NCBI GenBank assembly: GCA_024679065.1 | Contig: JAGIQG010000009.1 | Coordinates: forward strand, 58,838,001 to 58,902,000 | Source: Sphyrna mokarran | Lineage: Eukaryota | Length of the DNA stretch: 64,000 nt | Direction: 5' to 3' | Shown here: positions 38,201-49,487 of the stretch, piece by piece | Layout: every line of letters starts with the position of its first letter | Numbering within the stretch: position 1 is the stretch's first letter | The notes under the pieces: model-generated | Databases searched by the model: none | What the model was told of the DNA's origin: nothing | The model's input: the letters and a program-made list of their open reading frames with translations, nothing else | Made by a program: the position numbers and the translations under genes

Positions 38201-41200
38201 AACTCACTACGCAAGGGTGGGAAGGCTTGGCTGTCTACAAGACAAAAGCATTTTTAAAAACCATGGCTGTCCACTTCCTCCCAGCCTCCCAAGAGACATT
38301 GTTTTTAAACATACTGTGCACAGCACCTCAATATTCTTACAGCAACTGAGTAACAGGATGCATGTGAGACAAGCAGATTTTCAAAGGAATGCAATTGGTT
38401 TCATATTACAGAAATATTCAAAGAGTTCAAATTAAAGCCAATTTGTTTCTTTAAAAAAAACCTTTTTCATGTTTTTACAAGTTAAGCTAATACGCCAATT
38501 TTGAATCTAGAAATATAGGTCAGTGTGGTCAGAAATGTGTTAAAGGCATTTTAATTCAGGGCAAGTGATGGTTGGGGAGGATAGCTGGAATTGGTCACGT
38601 AACCTCACACCATTTTGAAATTAGCTCGCAGTCTAATTTCAAACAAAGTACAGCAGCACAATCTGGCCCATGCAGTAGCTGGGTCACATGGCACAACATA
38701 TAGAATTCAACATGCAACACAATATACATACATCCTTGAACACACACATACAATCAGCAGAGACAATGGAGTTCACATATTATCCAACGAACAACACAAT
38801 GCACACTTAGCCCTATACTTGCAGTAATAATTCAATGTTAACAAAGTGGTGTCATCTTCATGGTGTGTTATAGTAAACGTATGGTCTACGGTCAGAGGCT
38901 AGTATCCTTAAGTATAATCAAATCAAAGACAGCTTTATACTACATAAAAGTTACTTATTACAGATCCTGTTCATGTTCAAACAGTACTCTATAGTGGAAA
39001 GTGTGAGTGTATTAAAATAATCAGATATGGACAAAGCAGTATGGAATTGTGCATGGTGATTTTATTATATTTTAATTATTAAATAGAATTGCAGTGCCCT
39101 CCTGTAGAAATTCTGTCCAAGCAGTTTCAAATCAGGGCCACTGATGGCAATAACCAGCATTAGCGTATTCTGGGCCGGTGTGCTCTGGTACAGAAATGCA
39201 TTTTGCAACAATTGCAAACCCTATACATTGGGGGGTGGGAGGGTGCGCGCGCACATGCACACACACACACACACACACCACAGTCGCATTAATAAAAAGT
39301 GCAAGCATGTGCGCATGGCAGGGGAACAATAACTCTTGACGAGGTAACAACTGAATAAGTCAAGTAGATCCAATGATCCTTCCTCTAGTGCACACAATGT
39401 ATATGCCACGAAGTATTGCACGTAACACCTCATTCTAAAGAAATCATTCTGAAATTTCACCTGCATCCAGTTTGGTGCAAATGCCTATTTGCATCTGCAC
39501 AAATTTAGATAATGTATCTATTGTTCACTTCTTAGTAGTGCACTATAAAAACAGTAGGGGGCACTGTTGGCACATGAGCCTTACTGCTTTGTTATTCAAC
39601 ATGCTGCAGACTAACTGCTGATGCATAGCAAACACAGCACTGGACATTGATTTATGAGCAACTTTCCATTTCATCAGTGGAGGTTCGAACTCTACATGGC
39701 TAGTTTTCATAGAAAAGAAAACCTGATTGCTGCAGCCTAAAAGTTTCCAATCTACAGCAGAACAAATAAATCTTCCATGAATTATAAATGAAAAACAATA
39801 CCACAAACATGTGATAAGTCTTTGGTTCATAAGGATTCTCTTTCAGATGACAGCGCAAGCGAGAGAAAGCAATCACTTCTATTTTGAAAATCTGGAAAGC
39901 TAGCACCATAACAGTTCAATGTTTGTGAGGTTGCAATTGACCTCAAGAGTGCAAGGGATCCCTCTCCTGCTGCTATCTGACACAAAGAGTGACGTGATTC
40001 TCAACTGCCAGCAGTGCCATCAAATGAGTGAACAGTACAAATTCCAGAGTTCCGAAGTACTGAGAAACTGAGTCACAAGTGCACATAACAGCCAGATTTT
40101 GGTGCTCATAAATTAATAAAGATCAATTTCTGGAAACGAAACATCAATTCAAAGTCCATATTGATTCAGTGAGTGAATGCACTGCCCACTGTGCTGTTGT
40201 GCATCATCACATTTGAAATATCCCAGATTCCTTCCTTGGTCCAGCCAAAGTTATCGCTAAGTTATCAGTACAATAATTAGCCCATGTGCCACTGGGACAC
40301 AGGTGATAGTTAAGTCAGCAAGGTGCTTACTCTTCATCATATCCAATCACGATGGCTAGAACGAGAGTTTATCCTTGTCAATCTGCTTTGAGATGCTGCA
40401 CAGTTTCAAAATGAAGAATTACACTAAGGTAGCAGAAAATTGAAACAGGACAATCACAACTAGTTCAATCTTCCTTTCAGATTTACACATTGTCCTTTCA
40501 AAAAGATATTTTCATTATAAATTCCTATGTGTGGGGTTATAATGGGAATGATCTATGTAAACTTTGTACGTATTAACTAAATCTGATAGTGTTGCAGCAT
40601 CTCCATTGGTAGGAGGGTGAAACTGCAATGAGACAAGTTTACACAATCAGCTTGCGCAAGCAGTTTCCATTGTAAATATTGACACAAGAACTCATAATGG
40701 AAAGTGTGCAGATTTAAGATGTTTAATTATATTACAGAGTAAAATGGGCATGGCTTACTATATCCTCCCTTTGCAGAATTGCTTGCCAACATTTTTTACC
40801 CAAGTTCATACACAGAAACCACCAGTACCTGTGGAATAATAGTCCAGCTTGAGTCAGCACCTTGACAGGCAGAAGAAACTAAAATGACATTCTTTTTTTG
40901 TTTGGCATGAGTTAAAATGAAAAAGATGGCACTCAAAGAAAACTCTTTTCTCAAAGTCACCCACAAGCCCTTCCACACTCATGAGCACAAGCCCTCCGCA
41001 AACAGCATTTTGCAAAGTATCCAGCAGTGGCTGAATGAGACAACTGAGTTTTCCCTCCCTATAACAAATAGATACCTCGTAATAAGCAGCTAAAGACAGC
41101 AGAGATTGCAATATGCAATCATCCTCTTTACCTTCCTCCTCCACATTAATACCAAACAACACTGTCCCCAAATTCATCTAGTCTTGGAACACAAATAGAG

Positions 41201-44200
41201 TACCAAAAATTCATATTTAAGCCAATATAAAACTATTTACCACCCTGTAGCAAACTTACAACTCTTAATTACTGAAACATTTTGCATTTGTATAGTGCCT
41301 TTTGTGAACTCGTGATGCCTTGAAGTGTCTTACATAAAGTAAGTGGCTTTGGAGCGTCGTCACTTAGAATAATTATATTGCCCATGATTTGGCACAGTGC
41401 TTCAAATCTAATTTGGATACTACAGAATGGTCTATTCCTTCTCTAGTTTCATTTTTTCTTGTACACCCACTGGTTTAAAGTTTGAGGAATAATTTCTGCT
41501 GGTCCCGGTGTGGGACTAGTGGAATTTTTTTTTACCCTGAGCGAGATTAATACCAATTTACATATTTCCTGTGCTTGCATAATTAACACATCTGCCTGCT
41601 GGCTTTGTGCTGAATGTCATTTTTCCTTTTCCATTATGTGGCCCTATTAAGCCTGCTCTCTGGTGAGTTGGCTGCGTGTTTGTTATAAAATCCTCCTGAG
41701 ATTCCGACATGATGCCTATCACAACAAGCAGCATCTATTCCTTCAAACGTCATTCAGTCGTGATAAAGAACATAGCTAAAAGCTGTACAAGAGACTAATT
41801 AAAATTTTCAATGAGTGGAGGGGGGGAAAGAATCTTTTAAAAACTTAACCCAGTCTGCACAAGGTGATATAATATTGTTCATAAATCATTTTCCTAATTT
41901 TCTCTTTGTTCCAAGACATCTAGGCCTGGTGAGGGTGCATAGAATATTTGCCAGGATAATAGAAATGAGGGACTTTACGTGGAAGGATCAGAAAAACTGA
42001 GATTCCTCTTTTTAAAGCATAAAAGTTAAGGGGAGACTTAAAAAGGCATTCAAAATGATCAGATTTTTGATAGAGTAAATAAGGAGAAAATGTTTCTATT
42101 TGCAGAAGGGTTAGTAACTGAAGGCACCAGGTATTTGGCAAAAGAATCAGGTGGACTTCTTTTCTTAAAGCAATGCATGATGATGATGATTTTGAATGCA
42201 CTGCCTAAAAGGGTGATAGGGGCCAGGTCTAATTGCAATTTTCAAAAGGAAATTTGACTTGAAAAAGGAAGAAATTGTAATGCTCTGGGAAAAGCGCAGG
42301 GAAGTTAGTCTCCGTTTAGCTCTCCATTGGAGTTGTTAACTGTCTCTGAAATTCACCTAGATAGGACCCAATGGCTGAGGCCAAGTATCACGTATGGTTA
42401 TCTACACATGCAAATTTCCCATTAGGTGCCTTCTCCATACCATAAAAGTGCAGCAATCATTTACAGCACCTGTGCTGCCATTCATCACAAAATAGTTAAC
42501 AATTTAAAGAATCCAATCAGGAATTCTTCTGACGTTTAATGCTCAGTCGTTCTCGGCAGCAAGACTCACCCACTAATCCATCTACTTGACAAAACTCAAT
42601 ACTCCTGAACTAGCGACCTGCAGAAAATCTCTATTACAGATGACAACATGCGAGACAAAACAACTTGCCTTTATATAGCATAACGTCCCAAGGTGCTTCA
42701 GAGGGTTGATTAACAAAATTTGACAGCCTCGTAAAGCAATACTATGATTGTAGACAAAAAGCTAGGTCAGAGGGGTCAGGGGGGAGGGCAAGCAGTGGAG
42801 GGTCTGGATACAAGGGCACTGGGAGGGGCCTGGCAGAAGGGAGAAGGAGCAGGAGCGAGAGAAACTCTAACAGCATCCTCTTCTGGTCATTTATATATAT
42901 CAGCCAAATCACATGAAATCAGTTCTCATTTGGACTTCAGACTCCATATTGCACACTGCTTTTGTCCTGTAAAGATATCATAGTCCAGTGTCTGAGGGTG
43001 GGATTACAGATTCCAGAGCAAAACAAATTTGGGTTGAAGCTCCCAGCAAACCAGAAAATGAAGTTGAGAAATTTGTTTCAATGAGAAACAATCTTAAATT
43101 TTAGTCTTAGAGAGTAAAGTTCAGTGTCATTCATGACTCCTTGAGTGCTGAAGCAGTCCAAATGCAGCAAGACCTGGACAATGGTGAAGTTTGGGCTGAC
43201 AAGTGGCAAGTAATTTTTAAGCCACACAAATGCCAGTAATAACCATCCCCAACAAGAGAGGATCTAACCATTACCCCATGACATTCAATGGCATTATCAT
43301 CACTGAATTCCCCACATCCTGGGTTTATCATTGATCAGAAACTGAACTGGACTGTCCATATAGATATTGTGACTACAAAACATCAGAGCCAAGGAATCAT
43401 GTGTTGAGGACTTCAGCTATTGACTCCCCAAAACCTGTCCACCAAGTACAATGCACAAGTCAGGAGTGTGATGGAATACTTTCCAATCGCCTGCATAGTG
43501 CAGATCCAACAACACTCAAGAAGTTTGATACCATCTAGGACAAAGCAGCCCACTTGATTACTATCCCTTTCATAAACATCCAATTCCTCTATCATCAACA
43601 AACAGTGACAGCAGAATGTATCAAAAAGATGTGCCAAGGGACTCACTGGGGTCCCTCGGCAGCACCTTCCAAACCCATGACCTCTATCAGCTTAAAGAAT
43701 AAGGGTGGAAGACACATGGGTACACCGCCACCTGGAATCTCCCCTCCAAGTTACTTTACTCACCATCTAACGTGGAAATGTATCACTGTTCCTTCAGTGT
43801 CGCTAGGTCAAATCTCAGGAATTCCCTCCCTTACAGCACTGTGGTTGTACCCACACCACACGGACTGCAGCAATTAAAGGCAGCAGTTCACCACCTTCTC
43901 AATGGCAATTAAAGAGGGACAATAAAAGTTGGCCTGCGATGTCCACATTCCATGAATGTATAAAAACAAGGCTGTTTATACATGTGGGTGGGCTGACTTC
44001 AAAAGCGGCTGTGCCGACAGGTATTAGTTAGGCATCTGGGAGAGGGGGAGCTGTTAGTTTTTTTGCTGGAATGACTAGAGATGTTTCTATTACTAAAATA
44101 TTCTCAAGGACTTTGATAATCTAGTTGTCAGTCAGATATTGGGGAAAGACGAAAAGTTTAACATTTTTGACAGAGCAGTTTCAGGATGTATTAAACATTA

Positions 44201-47200
44201 AAGAATTTACTCACCCCCTGTTCAGCCCAAAGATACACTGTGTTGGACATTTTGTACAAGTTTGAGCAGCGTTGCAAATCCCAAGGTATTGGAGTTTGCA
44301 TAAAGCTATAGGTTTGGAACCAGGAATCAGTTGCCCTGCAAGGACACTAAAGTTGTCAATTTATTACAATTTGAGAATTTTGAGAGAACTTTGCAGGACT
44401 GATTTGAGAGTAGTTTAAAAAGTGAAAGTATTTGATATAAGTTGCCAACATTGCTAAAGTTAGCTGTCAATATCGCCTGCCAACATCACTGCCCATGTCA
44501 TGCTGGAACATGGCTCAGGACATGAGTCAAGAACTACCGGTCGTCTGCTGAAATAAATAAACTGCAGCTGAATGAGCAGAAGACCCCAGTGAACACAATT
44601 ACTAGCAGCAATACTCTACAAAGTCCTGTTACCCGTGCGCAGGCAACACTGGGCACAAAAATTATCCATTTTTAAAGGCAGAGGGCTCCAGCTGCAAGAA
44701 GGAGTGTCACCTTGTCAAGGCAAAAAAGAAAATGCTTGTTGCAGGAAATGGCAGGCAATGCATACAGTGGGGCAGCATGGTGCCACAGTAGTTAACACTG
44801 CTGTCTCACAGTGCCAGGGACACAGGTTCGATTCCTGGCTTGATTCACTGTCTGTGCATAATTATACATACTCCCAGTGTCTATGTGGATTTCCCCCAAA
44901 TGCTCCGGTTTCCTCCCACAGTCCGAATGACATGCTGGTAAGACGCACTGGCCACACTAAGTTTTTCCTTGAACAGACACTGGAGTGTGGCAAGTAGGGG
45001 ATTTTCACAGTGTCTTCATTGCAGTATTAATGTAAACCTACTTGTGACACTAATAAATAATCAACAAATTATTTAACAGTAAGCTGATGAGTGGGTTGGG
45101 AGCCTACGATCTGAAGCACAAGGGCATCTTGTAGATCTTGACGAGGCATTGTGTTCCAAGTAGCATTGGGCGAGGCCCTTCTAAATATGAGTTTGACATG
45201 AGTGCATCACTATCCTGAAAAGTTGCCATCAGCTGGCAAAATCACACAAATGAAATTATGGCAGTGAGAAAATACCTATCATTGAAAACACATTGATGCC
45301 GGTCACACACAATGAGCATCACTTCCCAAGTAGCACTATGGTGTACCTACACCACTTGGACTGCAGCAATTCAAGGTCCTAACTCACCACCACCTTCTCA
45401 AGAGTGATTAGGGATGGGCAATAAATGCTGGACCAGGCAGCAATACCCGCATCCCGTAAAGAATTTTTAAAAATTCGCCCATCATTGTGGTGAAGAGTGA
45501 AACCAGTCTTATTAAAAAAATACTGGTTGGCAGCACAAGTTAAACTGGAATTAGATTTTTCACGTTGAAGCAAAATTCACATTGCAAGATGTTGATCGAC
45601 AAGTATTCTCAGATATTCAGTGAAACTGGCAACTAGTTCAAGGATACAATGCTAACATACGGGTTCAGAGGAATGCAAGACCAGTTTATTGCAGACCATG
45701 ATATGATCCTCAGAGAATGGGATAACATACACATTTCACTTCCAAACAAGGTTGAAAAAGGTGCTCCCACGTATGGAAAAGCCTGGAGTGCAGATGGAGA
45801 TACGAATGCAAAATGTTTTAAATCTGGGTAACAAAGTACACAAAGTTGGGTTACATGCTACTAAGAGGAAAAATGCCATTCCCTTAAAATATTTTCTGCT
45901 TTACTATGGTTAAGTTTATACTAACTATAGCAAGGTTATTGCATCCATTGAATGAAATCTTGAAAAAAATGTTCATGAAGATTAAACAAAGGAATGTGAC
46001 AAATCATTCCATTTGTATAACAGTTAACTGGTAGACAGTGCAATGCTTGTATATTTCATGTGCCCAAAAGATTAAACTAGCATGTAATGCCTCTCCATAT
46101 GGAGGTGGTGTTGTGATCTTTAACGCATTGGAAGATAACATGGAGATGCCATTTGCCTTACATACACTCAGTGCCAGAGAGTGAAATTATTCTCAGATAG
46201 CATGTAAAGCAACATCTTTGATTTCTGAAGAAAGGTGACTTTACAAATACTTGCATGGCTGCGATTTCACAATCAAAACTGACCATAAGCCACTGATGTC
46301 TATTTTGAATTCAAAATCTCCAGGATCCACCTTAGCTGCAGGGCAAATAGGTGCAGAACTAAATCTGACCACTGTAATGCTGACGACATGCCCAGATTAT
46401 CATCCTCCTCCTCAGAGTAGAGCTCAAAATGAAAGATGTATTTTTTTTTCACACAGTCAAATTGTCAGTCACAGATGACATTGGTAGAACAACTTGCAGA
46501 ACCCTGTATTGGCAAGAGTATATGATGATATCACAAATAGTTGGCTAACACTGATACCTTTGATACCTTTGCAACCACAGAAATGGACAGCCAGAGCGTG
46601 GTAAGAAGTCCCTCAACACCAGGTTAAAGTCTAACAGGTTTATTTGGCAGCACAAGCTTTTGAAGCACTACTCCTTCATCAGATGAGTGAGGACTTATGT
46701 TCACAAACAGCATTTCCATATCATAGCTAGAGCGTGGCAGAAGCCATGAACAGATTTTGCAGAATTTGAAGCGCAGAAGTTATTTGTGGTGTTAGATAGC
46801 TGTTCAAAAAGATTAGAAGGATTTCTGATGAATTGAACAACAGCTAACAAAACTCTTGATAATCTGCAGTTTGTTTGCTGCTTATTGGTTCCTAAAAGAA
46901 ACTGTATCCAACAACAGGCCTCAGTTTCATTCAAAAAAGTTTGCATAACTCTTGAAAATGAATGGAATGAAACACTCTGAAGTTCCACCATATCATCCTG
47001 TTTGCAATGGACCAGAAGGGGGCACAGTAGAAATTGTTAAATAGTTAAGAAAAGGCAAGAAACAAATTGGAAGAAACATCAGTTGTCATTGAAACACAAA
47101 TTGGGAACTTATTTTGTCCATCGTTGCTTAGATGTCAGCCGAGAGCAAGTTTTTCATTGCTGAAGCCACATTTAGCACATAGTCAGTGGCAGAGAAAGAA

Positions 47201-48983
47201 TCATGATCAGGGTAGAGTGAGCAGAGGAAGTCTGAAGTTGAATCAAAAGGTTAAGGTCATCACCATAAATGGTTACCAGGAAGAGTCGTTAATATTTAAT
47301 CCTTGCACATATTTCGTTAGGAAGTGGCAAGGTTAGGTTTGTAGATCACAGATTCGTGAAAAAGGAGGAAATTTGGAAGAATCAAAAAAAGTCAGATGAA
47401 ACAGATACATGAGAGTATGAGGAGTAGAGTGATAGAAGTTACTCCAACAAAGTCAAGTCTGAAACTAGTTCAGATCTGAATCAATTAGATGGGCTGCCGA
47501 AGTAGTACATGCATTGAAGACCTAAGTCAAAATCAGTTAATTATTGTTGCAAAAGTACTCCTCAAGCTAGGCAAGATGGGTTTAGGTCTTTCTGCAAGTT
47601 TTGAAAGTTTGGGCCAACAAAGGAAGGAAGCTAGGAATAAATTTGTAAAGAATTGAAACAGAAATGAATACAACACGCATGGAACTGCAATATTGTGCAA
47701 CTTTCTCATTACGGAGGTAGAGTGCGTTAGGACACTCTTGTGTTTAATTGCAGATGTACGTATACAAGGCAAAAGAGATTAAACCAGTTCTGACTTGGCT
47801 ACTTGACTGCAGGGAGCGGGAAGGGAGGGCCTCAGAGAGGCGGAGGGGTGAGGGCAGGCGGGGGGGTGGGAGCAGGCGGGCGGGCCACAGAGAGAGTGGA
47901 GGAGGGGGGCCACAGAGAGGCAGGAACTGTGGATGACTGAAGCACATGCAAAGTGAGTAGCAAATATAGGGAAGTACTCTCATACCCAATGTTGATGCAG
48001 TTATGCATATTCTAACTTCAGTAAGCAGAAGGAGCCGTGGGAATCCCACAAGTCACCTTATGTTCACCACGCGCAATATATACAATTCCAGAGTGGAAAC
48101 TCAAACTGGCTCACATTGAGCCGGATTGAAGAATGAGCGCACACATAGACACGGTTGATCAAATACTTCTCCACTTTATGCTTCAAAACCCATTAGAATT
48201 GGCCATACAAGGCGTAATATCCTTATGTTGCAAAAGCTGCAGCACGTTAACACTGAAGCCATTAAATTCAAGAGTCCTTGCCCAGGTTCGACACTCACTT
48301 TCCCAACATGAGATTCTGATATAGACCTTGTTGACACCAGTGTGTATTCAGCTATAGGTTGATGACGCATTTAAATCCGACCACACCTTTAGAAAGGCAA
48401 ATATTTCAGATTCTCCAATACAGAATCAACGGCAGAAAGAAAAAACAGTTTTAATGCTGTAAGCAGGGATATGTGCACTGGGTGCACGCAGATGATAGCG
48501 AGGAAGTTGAATTTTGGTTTGCCTGTCACTCTTAACTCTTCGTTTTAATGTGCTTCATGATGCACAACCTGTGGAATGAAATGGTGCAACAACATACAGC
48601 TGACATTTTCTCTGCACAGCGTCAATTGGCAAAACCTCCTATCTCACTGGGAGTAGGTGAAACAACAACTGATATCAGAAATATCTGACAAGAGGGGTAA
48701 ATGGAGAGGGATTCCAAATCTTCCCCAACCACCTCTCCTCGCACACCTGCGCCCCTTAAAAATAAAAACTCTGACAGCACAAGATATTAAGGAAATGACT
48801 TTCACAGTGAAATGTGCATTAATTGAAACATTTTTTGTAAATCTGGTAAAAACCATTCAAAACATCTTCAAATAAGAGTGATAACATTTATACCTGAAAG
48901 AAGCCTGGAGGAATGGGGCCTCCTGGTATCCCATCATTGGGAGGAATGTTTCCCAGCACTGGACTTGGAGCTGCTGCCGCACT
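11180..48983 (-). CDS. SSBP3: Single-stranded DNA-binding protein 3 (SSDP family), partial spliced CDS, exons 5-18; join(48894-48983,36196-36276,33572-33631,29570-29636,29412-29485,26142-26206,25752-25800,20927-20962,19981-20035,17329-17399,16817-16895,16440-16468,12784-12885,11180-11209)
   Basis: 14 GT-AG exons splice into one open frame of 888 nt from [18 protein letters not shown]... to ...[21 protein letters not shown]. Sequence and exon sizes (90,81,60,67,74,65,49,36,55,71,79,29,102,30) fit vertebrate SSBP3 as I recall it. The 81-nt [10 protein letters not shown] exon and the [10 protein letters not shown]-terminus favour SSBP3 over SSBP2/SSBP4. Confidence 0.95.
12784..12885 (-). CDS. 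SSBP3: SSBP3 exon 17 ([34 protein letters not shown]), phase 0/0
   Basis: ttctag|AACTCT...GATAAT|gtgagt; 102 nt. Confidence 0.95.
13480..15130 (-). mobile_element. Old CR1 LINE ORF2 (RT) fragment
   Basis: ORF 14345..14581 has [18 protein letters not shown]; KFADD-like (gtcatctgcaaattt on plus) at about 14221. Confidence 0.85.
16440..16468 (-). CDS. SSBP3: SSBP3 exon 16 ([10 protein letters not shown]), phase 1/0
   Basis: tcttag|GATCAG...CCTAAG|gtacaa; 29 nt. Confidence 0.93.
16817..16895 (-). CDS. SSBP3: SSBP3 exon 15 ([26 protein letters not shown]+G), phase 0/1
   Basis: tttcag|TTCCCG...TTAG|gtaagt; 79 nt. Confidence 0.95.
17329..17399 (-). CDS. SSBP3: SSBP3 exon 14 ([24 protein letters not shown]), phase 1/0
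   Basis: atacag|ATTCA...TCAAAT|gtaagt; 71 nt. Confidence 0.95.
17736..18040 (+). mobile_element. HE1/V-SINE-type tRNA-derived SINE with CR1-type tail
   Basis: A box (cagtggttagcactgc), B box (gggttcgattccc), V-like core (gtgggtttcctcc..cacagtccaaa), tail tggcctctttctgcactgta. Confidence 0.85.
18830..19097 (-). mobile_element. HE1/V-SINE copy, reverse
   Basis: Reverse complement of the same SINE (aatttagcatggccaatc, gaaacccacgca, gagaacatgcaaactt). Confidence 0.8.
19981..20035 (-). CDS. SSBP3: SSBP3 exon 13 ([18 protein letters not shown]+D), phase 0/1
   Basis: tcatag|GGGCCC...GCAG|gtacaa; 55 nt. Confidence 0.95.
20927..20962 (-). CDS. SSBP3: SSBP3 exon 12 ([12 protein letters not shown]), phase 0/0
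   Basis: tttcag|ATTCCA...TATGGG|gtacgt; 36 nt. Confidence 0.93.
21480..21840 (-). mobile_element. Deu-domain SINE (SacSINE1/AmnSINE-like), degraded
   Basis: gttgagggataaatatt...gatttaacggtctca...agtgccagccaagatttgtgct matches the reverse of the Deu domain as recalled. Confidence 0.6.
23121..23430 (+). mobile_element. V-SINE-type SINE with alternative (L2-like) tail
   Basis: Same head/core as HE1 copies but tail ctagggattttcacactaacttcactgcaatgttaatgtaagccaacttgtgacagtaataaa. Confidence 0.8.
23921..23947 (+). repeat. Poly-G run (27 G)
   Basis: Direct reading. Confidence 0.9.
25752..25800 (-). CDS. SSBP3: SSBP3 exon 11 ([16 protein letters not shown]), phase 2/0
   Basis: ttgcag|GGGCCC...AACTCA|gtaagt; 49 nt; peptide visible inside ORF 25602..25826. 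Confidence 0.95.
26142..26206 (-). CDS. SSBP3: SSBP3 exon 10 ([21 protein letters not shown]+M), phase 0/2
   Basis: ttgcag|AACTAC...AACAT|gtaagt; 65 nt; alternative upstream acceptor at 26230 (see findings). Confidence 0.95.
28048..28362 (+). mobile_element. HE1/V-SINE copy
   Basis: tggttagcactgctgcctcacagc head, V core, tail ttctgtactttatggattctat. Confidence 0.85.
28363..28938 (+). mobile_element. Young 5'-truncated CR1/HER1 LINE (open ORF2 C-terminus and 3'UTR)
   Basis: Uninterrupted frame [51 protein letters not shown] to stop 28845; tail (TGTTCTA)n. Confidence 0.95.
29412..29485 (-). CDS. SSBP3: SSBP3 exon 9 ([25 protein letters not shown]), phase 1/0
   Basis: cgacag|GGCAC...CAGCAG|gtaggc; 74 nt; separated from exon 8 by an 84-nt intron. 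Confidence 0.95.
29570..29636 (-). CDS. SSBP3: SSBP3 exon 8 ([22 protein letters not shown]+G), phase 0/1
   Basis: ttttcag|CCCCCA...CAAG|gtgaga; 67 nt. Confidence 0.95.
32790..33485 (+). mobile_element. Old CR1 LINE 3' fragment
   Basis: Degraded aaagccctggttagtccacatctc (ALVRPHL-like), gataatttgattgaagtg and 3' tail. Confidence 0.75.
33572..33631 (-). CDS. SSBP3: SSBP3 exon 7 ([20 protein letters not shown]), phase 0/0
   Basis: gattgcag|CCTTTT...AGCCAG|gtactg; 60 nt. Confidence 0.95.
35515..35930 (+). mobile_element. Ancient tRNA-derived SINE (unclassified); related pieces near 4560, 40170, 53210 (+) and 30060, 31960 (-)
   Basis: tggctcaatggataaatgca head, gtccaaggttgagatt B-box-like, ctgtgccaaattagcctagctcag core shared among copies. 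Confidence 0.5.
36196..36276 (-). CDS. SSBP3: SSBP3 exon 6 ([27 protein letters not shown]), phase 0/0
   Basis: ctcgcag|GGACCC...AATCAG|gtaatg; 81 nt. Confidence 0.95.
39258..39277 (+). repeat. (CA)n microsatellite
   Basis: Direct reading. Confidence 0.9.
41910..42300 (+). mobile_element. Old CR1 3' fragment
   Basis: gagggtgcatagaatatttgccagg (ERVQRRFTR-like), ggagacttaaaa (GDL-like). Confidence 0.7.
43120..43965 (+). mobile_element. CR1-clade LINE 3' portion
   Basis: QQDLDN..WADKWQV-like coding remnant (cagcaagacctggacaat..tgggctgacaagtggcaagta), [11 protein letters not shown]-like, and shared tail. Confidence 0.85.
44769..45060 (+). mobile_element. V-SINE-type SINE with L2-like tail
   Basis: Homologous end to end to 23121-23430. 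Confidence 0.8.
45580..47340 (+). mobile_element. Ty3/Gypsy LTR-retrotransposon pol remnant (RNase H to integrase), heavily deleted
   Basis: In order: CNASPYGGG (~46083), NYSQI (~46186), [16 protein letters not shown] (ORF 46251), VVLDSCSK (~46787), PYHP..NG (~46988). RNase H before integrase is the Gypsy order. Confidence 0.85.
46601..46712 (-). mobile_element. Penelope-like pseudo-LTR fragment with hammerhead core, inserted into the Gypsy remnant
   Basis: Minus: cactcatCTGATGAaggagtagtgcttcAAAAgcttgtg..aataaacctgttagactttaacctggtgttg. Confidence 0.75.
47811..47920 (+). repeat. G-rich low-complexity / degenerate tandem repeat
   Basis: Repeated gggcc(t/a)cagagag units and many GGG runs. Confidence 0.7.
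48894..48983 (-). CDS. SSBP3: SSBP3 exon 5 ([30 protein letters not shown]), phase 0/0
   Basis: cttacag|AGTGCG...TTTCAG|gtataa; 90 nt. Confidence 0.95.
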
Positions 48984-49115
48984 CTGTAAGAAATAAAATA
49001 CATATTTAGATTCAAGCCCCTTATATTGGTAAGCTTCATGTCCCCTCAACTAGAAGGTTTAGCCGCCAAAATACCAAGGCTAGATTCAGTGGGATTCTAC
49101 CTGACACCACTACTT

Positions 49116-49487
49116 GGGTGGCACAATGGTTAGCACTGCTGTCTCACAGCACCAGGACCTGCATTCAATTCCTCCTCCTCTCTCTCTCTCTCTCCCCCCC
49201 TCCCCCGCTCCACCCCAGTTCACTGTGTGGAGTTTGCACATTCTCTGCTTGCCTGTGAGAGTTTCCTCCAGGTGCTTCGGTTTCCTCCCACACTCCAAAG
49301 GTGTGTGGGTAAGGTTGATTGGCCATGCTAAATTGCTTCTTAGTGTCAGGGCGATTCGCAGGAGTAAATAGTGTCAGGGGGATTAGCAGGGGTAAATATG
49401 TGAGGCTACAGCCTGGGTTGGATTGTTGCCATGCAGGCTCAATGGACCGAATGGCCTTCTTCTGCACTGTAGGGCTTCCATGATTAT
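49116..49487 (+). mobile_element. HE1/V-SINE copy with internal (CT)n/C-rich expansion
   Basis: tggttagcactgctgtctcacagc head, V core, tail ggccttcttctgcactgtagggcttccatga. Confidence 0.85.
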
